NCBI RefSeq assembly: GCF_009914755.1
Contig: NC_060939.1
Origin: the human T2T-CHM13v2.0 reference genome, Homo sapiens
Strand: one strand, 5' to 3'
Length of the DNA stretch: 64,000 nucleotides
Below the pieces are notes generated by a model. It had not been told where the DNA came from, made no database searches, and saw only the letters and a list, made by a program, of their open reading frames with translations. This document shows positions 56,386-64,000 of the stretch, piece by piece (positions within the stretch are counted from its first letter, which is position 1; each line of letters starts with the position of its first letter). The translations under genes and the position numbers were made by a program.

Positions 56386-57324
56386 GCAACAAAAAAATAA
56401 GAGTTAGTGTTTTTGGTCTAAAGAAACTGAGATCCTGAAAGGTGAAATAGTCCAGGGTCCCTCAGCCAGGATCCTGATTCCCCTTTAGAAGAGAACAGAT
56501 GCAAAAAAAAGCACAGGGCCTGATTCGTAGTAGATGTTCAGTAAACACAAGCCCCCATCTCTTCTCCAAATGAGATTTCTTCTACAGCTCACTGTCATTG
56601 GTCCAAAGAATGCAGCCGCTACACTGTGTTATTGGCAGGATTGTGGGCATGACTGATTTCCTTTCTGATTGGGTAGGAAGGCTGAAGGGCGAGTTTGGAA
56701 GGGCTCTGTTCCCTTCATCTCACTCCTTTCCTCACTCGCATTTCACCCAACAGTCGTCTGATTTTTGAGCAATCTGTTCCTGGAAAGCAGAGGAAAGTAA
56801 CAGATTGATGCATCGACTGCGTGTGGCCAAGTGATTTATTTTTAATGTGACTAAACAAGACACACACCTGCCTATGGAAACGTAATCACATTGAATCATC
56901 AGGGACTTAGATAGCCATTTAAGCAAGGGAAAGACAGAGAGGAGACAGAGGAGAGGAGGAAGAGGAGGGAGAGAAAGAAAAGGGAGGCAGGGGAGCAGAG
57001 ACAGAAGAGGAGAGATAAGAAGGGACTGGAAGAGAGGGAAGGGAAGGGAAGGGAAGAGAAGACTGGGCCAGCTCCCTAAAAATGTTTATTTCAGCAGCAT
57101 CAGTGAAGCACCCTCAATTGGCCCAAATGCCTGTGGTTTAGCTTTGCTGATGCCTGAAATTTCATAATTAGACTTTCGTCCCTGTGATTTAACCAAACAC
57201 AGTATGTTCTCCACTAAAGTGTAAATGCAACAGAAGTAGTGCATCAAACTACATCAATCATTTTCACCTCAGTGAGAAAGAACTGATATCTTTTATGAAA
57301 GCAGGAGTTTTTCTATGGGGGGGT

Positions 57325-57743
57325 TGTATTAGTCCATTTTGCATTGCTATAAAGGAATACCTGAGACTGGGTAGTTTATAAAGAAAAGAGGTTTATTTGG
57401 CTCATGGTTCTGCAGGCTGGATAAGCATGACACTGGCATCTGCTCGGCTTCTGGTGAGGCCTCAGGAAGCTTTTACTCATGGCAGAAGGCAAAGGGGGAG
57501 TAGGCAGGTCACATGGCAGGAGAGGGAGCAAGAGAGGGAGGAAGAGGTGCCAGGCTCTTTTATACAATCAGATCTCACTCTAACTAATAGAGCAAAAACT
57601 CACTCATTACCACAGGGAGGGCACCAAGCCATTTATGAGGGACCCACTCCCGTGACCTAACACTTCTCACCAGCCCCCGCCTCCAACACTGGGATCACAC
57701 TTCAACATGAGATTTGGAGGGGAGAAATATCCACACTATATCG
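57325..57743 (-). mobile_element. MST (MSTB-like) MaLR solo LTR
   Basis: tgtattagtccattttgcattgctataaaggaatacctgagactgggt ... atccacactatatc. Confidence 0.88.
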
Positions 57744-58714
57744 GGGGCATTAAAACAAAGTTTATGGGAGTCACCAGTGAAGGCACAGAAAGGAACCTTG
57801 GGGGCTCTAGGGACTTTCTCCTTCATGGCTTTTCTTAATGATAACACCTACCTTTACGAGCATTTGTTATGTTCCAGGCACTATGGATGCGAGCCATTAC
57901 ATGTACTATTTCATTCCATCTTCCCAATGGCCCTGGAATTTTGCGCTGGTGTTCTCATCACTCTCCAGGTGAGGGAACTGAAGCCCAGCCTGTCGTCATC
58001 TGTCTCAGCACTCTGAAAGGAAGATCCAGTTACAGCAGAGTTTCTCGTGGAATGCCCAGCCTCACCAATAGTATCTTGCTTGCAGAAGGCACTCAGTAAG
58101 TATGTGCCAACAGAGTGAAGTGGCAGGGATGGGACATGAATGTAGACAGTCTAACTCCAGAGCCTGTACCCTTAGCATTTGCCACAACTTTCTCCCAGAT
58201 AGTCCACTCCGTTCTCCCTGCTTCTCACCCGAATAGCATACGAAATTCATGAATCACTGACTTTGGGAGGCTAAATGTCCTCCATCACAGCTCCCTTCTC
58301 AATCTCCCTGGGTCAGTACCAGGAATTAGCCAGCCAGACTGTTCCACTCTGTACTGCTAGTTTTCTATGTCCAGATACCTTTTCCCAGTTAGTCTGTAAT
58401 GCCTTTGAGGGAAGGCACAGCATCCATGCAGAGTCTATGGGGGGATGTATGAGTCCTTTTGAAATTGCAGTTTCTTTCTCAAAAGCAAGATTATATCTTT
58501 GTGTTTTCTATTAATACGATTGTGGTAGGTTTTTTTCTTGAATTTTATATCAATATCCTTCACCCTGCCCCTAGCAATAGCACGTGAAGGAGATTATGAA
58601 GTCATAAGTTAGGGGGGCATCAGATTGATAGCTTTTTGAAGATTGATAATATCTAGTGTGGGCAAGGATGGAGGAAATGGATACTCATACATTGTTGGGG
58701 AGGCTTTCGAGGAG

Positions 58715-59180
58715 GCAAATCATCAGTAAGTAACAGTGGCTGAAACAAGATAAAAGCTTTATTTTATTTTTTTCTCATACAAAAGTCTAAGCTAGTAGAA
58801 AGTCCTGGAAAGAAGGCTGGCTCGGCTCCACAAGGTTATACAAGGACACAGGTTCTTTCTGTACATTGTACCACCATCCCCAGGGGTGTTACCTGCATCA
58901 CCTGCTGGAAGCTGACTCCCACTACCACATCTGTTCTCTGAATAGATTTCTCCCTGGGGAAAGCAGAAGTACAACAAACAGCGTATTTTAAGGACCTGAT
59001 TCAGAAATTGCACACAATGCTTCTCATCAGTCATAACTTAGTTACACGTCCCCATGTAGTAGCAAGGGGGGTGGAAAATATATTCTCAACTCATACCCAC
59101 CTGAAACTCAGGAGATTCATTGCTAAAAGGAAGAAAAGAGAAAATGGATAGTAGGGGGACAGTGAACAGTTTCTAATACA
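58715..59180 (-). mobile_element. MLT1-type MaLR LTR (old)
   Basis: aacagtggctgaaacaagataaaag ... agaaattgcacacaat ... acttagttacacg. Confidence 0.55.
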
Positions 59181-59301
59181 AACAGGAGGAATTATCAAAG
59201 TTAAAAGTGCATATATTGCTAGACCCAGCAATTCCAGTTCTAGAAATGTATTCTAAGGAAATAGTCACACAACTACACAAAGATTATGTATAAGGGTAAT
59301 A

Positions 59302-59812
59302 CTAGTGGTTTTAAAATATGTTCACAAATTCTTTGATACCCTTCCCTTCACAAAAGGGCTACACTTAATGACTTACTCCTAATGAATAGAATGTGGCCAA
59401 AGTGACAATGTGTGACTTCGGAGGCTAGGTCATAAAAGGCCCTATGCTTCTACTTTGCTCTCTCGAATGACTGGCTATGATGGAAACAGCCACCATGTTG
59501 TGAGGACACTCAATTAGCCTTGTGGAGAGACCCACATGGGTGAGAAACTAAGGGCTGCCACCAACAGCCCACATCCACTTGCCAGCTCTGAGAGCAAATA
59601 GATCCTGCAGGCCTAGTCAAGCCTCATTTGACTGACGCCTCAGTCAACATCTTGACTGCAAGCCCATGCAAAACACTGAGCCAGAAACCACCCACCCAAG
59701 AAGCTGTGAATTCCTGACTGGCAAAAAATGTGAGTGATTATAAATATTTATTATACTTTTAAGCCACTACTTTTTGGAGTATTGTGTTAGGCAGCAGTAA
59801 ATAACTAATACA
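59302..59812 (+). mobile_element. MLT1 (E/F-like) MaLR LTR
   Basis: gtgtgacttcggaggctaggtcataaaagg ... ttttaagccactac ... gcagcagtaaataactaataca. Confidence 0.75.
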
Positions 59813-60514
59813 ATAATCATTGCTTCCTGTTTGTAATGACAAAAAAGAGAAAGAAAATAAAAAATTTAAAAAAAGAAACACCAGAAATGTAAATAATGGG
59901 AGGTTAAATAATCCATGAGAAATCCACAGTTTGGAATTTGCAGCTATTAGAAAGAGAGCTATGGCGTAAAAGACCTGTATGTTCTGTCATTGACAGCTCC
60001 TTAAGACATATTAGTACATGAAAATGACAATCTGAAGAACACTTACTGTATGGTCTCCATGACATAAAACTGCAAAAAAGTTATGTGTGCATGTACATAT
60101 GTGCATATATGCAATAATGTTATATTTGTGTATATCCGAATGTGTACTTTCACATACTTGTAAATGCGTGGAATAGGAGTGAATGTCGCATACCAAATGG
60201 CAGGCAGTGGTTTTACCAGGGTGGAGGAAAGTGGAATGGGGGTGGCGAGTTGCAATATGGTGTTCACATTTTACTTTGTAATCTCCTGCATTGTTTCAAC
60301 TTCTTACAATGAAAATGCATTTGCATATTCCCTGTGTGATAAAACAAAGAAAATCATAAAAAGAGAGAGAGGCAGGCAGATAGCAGAGATGGAAGGAAGA
60401 GGAGATAAATAGAAACAGCATTTTACCCACTGAGTCGTGACTACAAGCATCTTATTTTACCTGTTTGTTTTTCCTTAACATCCCAACATAGAAAACACAC
60501 ACTTTGTTTTAAAG

Positions 60515-61250
60515 TAACAGCGAGGAACCGCCTCGCTGTGGTCTTTCGCTTGCTTGGCATTGCCCCTAGGGTGCTCGGAGATGGGCTGTGGAGGGGGACG
60601 TTGGGAACTGCCCGACCCCATTCTCGCCTTTTCCCGCTGGATGTGCAGCTTTCGGAACGTGCAGGGGCGGGAGTGTCTACAACCTAAGAAAAGGGCCGCG
60701 GTGGGGAGCCCGGAGCAGGGCTGGGTGCAGGGAGCGCTCTCGCTGCCCGGGGCGCTCTGCGCTGCGCGCCCAGTGGGGACAGCACGCCGCCCCGGGAGTC
60801 TCCAGGCGCGGGAGGTCCCAGCAGATTTTGCATAAAGGGAGGAATCGAGTCCAGAGAACAAACAAGATACTGGAGGTGGTGGCACGGAGAGGATTGATTC
60901 GGTTTGCAACCCTACGAGGTCGTGGCCGCTCGGGGCAGGAAAGCAGGCTCCTGTCTCTCCAGGATCCAGCCTCCCGATCACCGCGCTAGTCCTCGCCCTG
61001 CCTGGGCTTCCCCAGAGACGGGAGCTTGGGTGGGGGACCCTGGACCCGAAGCCAAGGCTGAACTGGTGTGCCAAGCCCAGGGAGCAACCAAGTCCCCAAC
61101 TCTTTCCCTGCCCTTCCCGCAGGCTGAGCAGAAAACCAGGAAATGGATGGACTCCACCTCCGCAGCCACGCCTGCCCGTTTGCGCTTACTGAACAGAGGT
61201 CCTCAGGAACGTGGTGAGACAAAGAGAAAGGAGGGCGTTTTCGCCACCCT
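60515..61250. promoter_or_regulatory. CpG island / promoter-like element downstream of NOX5
   Basis: High CpG density, GGGGCGGG GC-box near 60664, ATTTTGCATAAA at ~60824, no convincing ORF. Confidence 0.75.
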
Positions 61251-63209
61251 CTTGCTAATGCTTCAATAACTCCCCATTGCCCTAATGAGCTCACCATCAG
61301 AGCCTGATTAAGACCTTTGGAGGCCCTAAAATTATAAGACCCACTATCTCCATCAATGTAATTAAAAAAAAAACAACTTTAAATGGAACTTTACCAAAAA
61401 GCCGATTTTCCTCTGTGAAATTATTTTAATAGCAACGACAAGCCCTTGCCTTGCAGCACACTGGCCTGCCCAACAGAAGATCCAGTAAGGTTTGCAAAAC
61501 CAGTTGGGATCTCCTCACCTTGCCTCTCTCCTCTTCCTGCACCGGCCGGCTAACCTGTTTCCAGTTCCTCCGAGGCTCAGTCCTTCCCTGAGTTTCCCAT
61601 TGCCCTCCAGAGCCAGCATATATTTCCACTTCCCTAGCTTTCAGTCCAGGCTGTGTTAGATGCCTTCAGTGCTTTCTCCATCACAGGACTTAGCACACAG
61701 AGTAGGAGAATATTCCCGTTTCTTCCCTGTCACCCTCTCTGTGCTGAGGGCTCAGAAGGCAGAGACACCTTTTCTGTTTTGCTTACAGGTATGGTCCCAG
61801 AACCTAGCATGTGGACTGACACACCCTTTGCTCAAAAAAATACATCAATATTTGAAATTAACCATTTATCCATAGCAAAACACATAGCACAGAATAAAAA
61901 TGCATAGTCCATTCTGGCCTATGCAGTTTCAGCTTCTCAGCATTTATTGAGCACCTCCAAATGTGCTAGACAGGTAATACTCAATACACATTAGTTCCCT
62001 CCATGCTAAAATAGACTTTGCGTCCACGTAACTTTGCTGGAAACTTGAGGGAAACCAATTATCCTGCCCTTTCCCTGGGTGTCTGATCGGCATGTCCGTT
62101 ATAGCCATAGAAATATCACTAACAGGCAATGCCAGCAGGATTAGATCTGCCAAGTGTTTAAAGTTTAGCAAGAAAGCTTTTTGCAAATGTCAACACTACC
62201 ACTCTGTTTCCTGCAAACCAGCATTCTAATCAGCAGGGCTGCCTTTTCCAGCTCATTGAGCAATGACATAAAAAAATCCCAGCATAATCATTTCTCTAGG
62301 AGAAAAATACCGAAAGTCAGAGAGGATGCAATAACAATCATAGCTACCTACTATGTGCAGGTGTCATGCTTACTGCTTTAGTTATGCTTCCTCCAATCCT
62401 CACAACAAAACTGACAAATGGGGAAACTGAGGCTTACAGAAGTCACACATCTCCAACTAAGGCCTGAACTTGAGTTTTTTCCATAGCACTCTACTACCTC
62501 TGGGGGGGAAAAAAAAACTACTATTGTGCCCAGTTAGGATACAATGTATTAGAGTGGTAGGGACTTCAGGGGCTGGTTGTAGGAAAAGAGAATGACAATG
62601 CTTCTCACGCCAGGGTTTTCTGGGGTTTTCATCTTCTTGTTTTCCTCTCCTTCTCCCCTCAGAGGCCAGGTGTAGTGACATAATGATTTTGGAAATTTTT
62701 GAGCTGAAAAAGGAAAACATTTTCTTCTTTTCTTAAAAGGGGAACTGTTGGAGTGTTTGCATTTTGGGTTCCTGGCATAGCAGCTGGTAGGCTTGATGGG
62801 ATTTCAAAATGAAGTTACTAATGGAAATTATACACTGAGGACATTCCAAAGAAACTGCTAAGAGAGAATGGCTTGTGCTAGGTGACTGGAAGTGTTGCAT
62901 CAGGTTATCACAGCTGGGTATTGAGGCCAGGCCCAGCTGAAATGTTACAGCAGGGGTCACCTCTCAGACTTGGCTCTGTACAGGAAACACATCCAAGCAG
63001 GAGCTACATCCAAGGCAAAGGTATAAAGCCAGACGCAGAAGACACAGTACCTGGGTTAGCTGCCCATCTGTCCCTGGGTGTAGGCTAAAGACATTTAATC
63101 TTGGACACAGGCAAGCAGCTGCATACAAGATCCTGATTCCTGATTCCTGAGCAGGAGTGGGCAGCAAGTTGTTAATTCTGACCTCCAACCATCCCTGAGG
63201 CAGTGTAGC

Positions 63210-63550
63210 CCTCCATTCTCAACCCTGGCTGCCCACTAGCATCATCTGGTGAGCTTTGAAATACAGATGCAGGACTCATCCCAGATGGGTGAAATCAGAA
63301 GTGATGGGAAAGGGATCCAGTGTCACATATCTTCACAGCTCTCCATGTGATTCTAGCTTGCAGCCAAAGTTCAAAAGTTCTGACACAGCCTAGGTGATCA
63401 CAAGAATTACTGGAGCACTCCCTAGAATAGTTTTGCCCCAGCCTCTCTGCTGTAGATCTTAATTCAGTGGAGCTGGCAGGGGCCCAAGAATCTGTATTTT
63501 GAACAAGCTCCCTGGCAGTTGTTATGATCAGATAAGCCTGGGGACCCACA
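63210..63550. mobile_element. MER5-type hAT-Charlie elements
   Basis: ttctcaaccctggctgcccactagcatcatctgg; ggggcccaagaatctgtattttgaacaagctccc. Confidence 0.6.
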
Positions 63551-63832
63551 AGTGTAATAAAATGGTATATTCACATATCATCATTGCAGTCACAGCTTCT
63601 GAAATATAAATTATGTTTTTAATTTGTATGTACATCATTGTATCTCAACCATCATTCGATTGTAAGCTCCAAGAGGGAAAGGACCTTGTCTCATTCACTG
63701 GGATGTTCTCAGTATGGAAAAGAATGCAAGCAAGTGGTGGGGATTCTGCAGATATTTGTTGAATAAATAAATGAATTTCTGTTTTGTATTTGTCACTTCC
63801 GCTTTGTGAACCAAGTTAAGAGTGAGATTGAG

Positions 63833-64000
63833 GGCCGGGCGCAGTGGCTCAAGCCTGTAATCCCAGCACTTTGGGAGGCCGAGGCGGGTGGATCATGAGG
63901 TCAGGAGATCGAGACCATCCTGGCTAACACGGTGAAACCCTGTCTCTACTAAAAAATACAAAAAATTAGCCGGGCGCGGTGGCGGGCGCCTGTAGTCCCA
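63833..64000 (+). mobile_element. AluY, cut by the window end
   Basis: gagatcgagaccatcctggctaacacggtg; many CpGs retained. Confidence 0.93.

Noticed and set aside
60475-61297. Overlapping ORFs up to 199 aa
   Set aside because: Expected in stop-poor CpG-island sequence; no recognisable homology.

Overview
Human (primate) genomic DNA containing the whole coding region of NOX5 (Ca2+-activated NADPH oxidase 5) on the + strand. Sixteen coding exons run from ATG 1270 to TAG 43248 and total 2298 nt, giving the 765-aa long isoform. Alternative acceptor and start choices explain the shorter 737/747/719/565-aa isoforms. Intron 2 has a GC donor. Intron 1 holds a decayed, sense-oriented ABCG2 processed pseudogene (~8456-10790), a MER4 LTR and Tigger-type DNA transposons. 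Downstream are a probable long 3'UTR, two convergent CTCF-like motifs, MaLR LTRs, an L1PA 3' end and a CpG island near 60.5-61.2 kb. About 18 Alu/FLAM copies are spread across the window. The most unusual observations are several locally templated insertions (one direct 122-bp copy, one inverted ~115-bp copy with an aborted extra copy, one snap-back cluster) and a retrocopy that seems to preserve an alternative ABCG2 5' splice form. I found no convincing new biological system. Repeat subfamily names and comparisons to reference sequences come from memory, not from a search.
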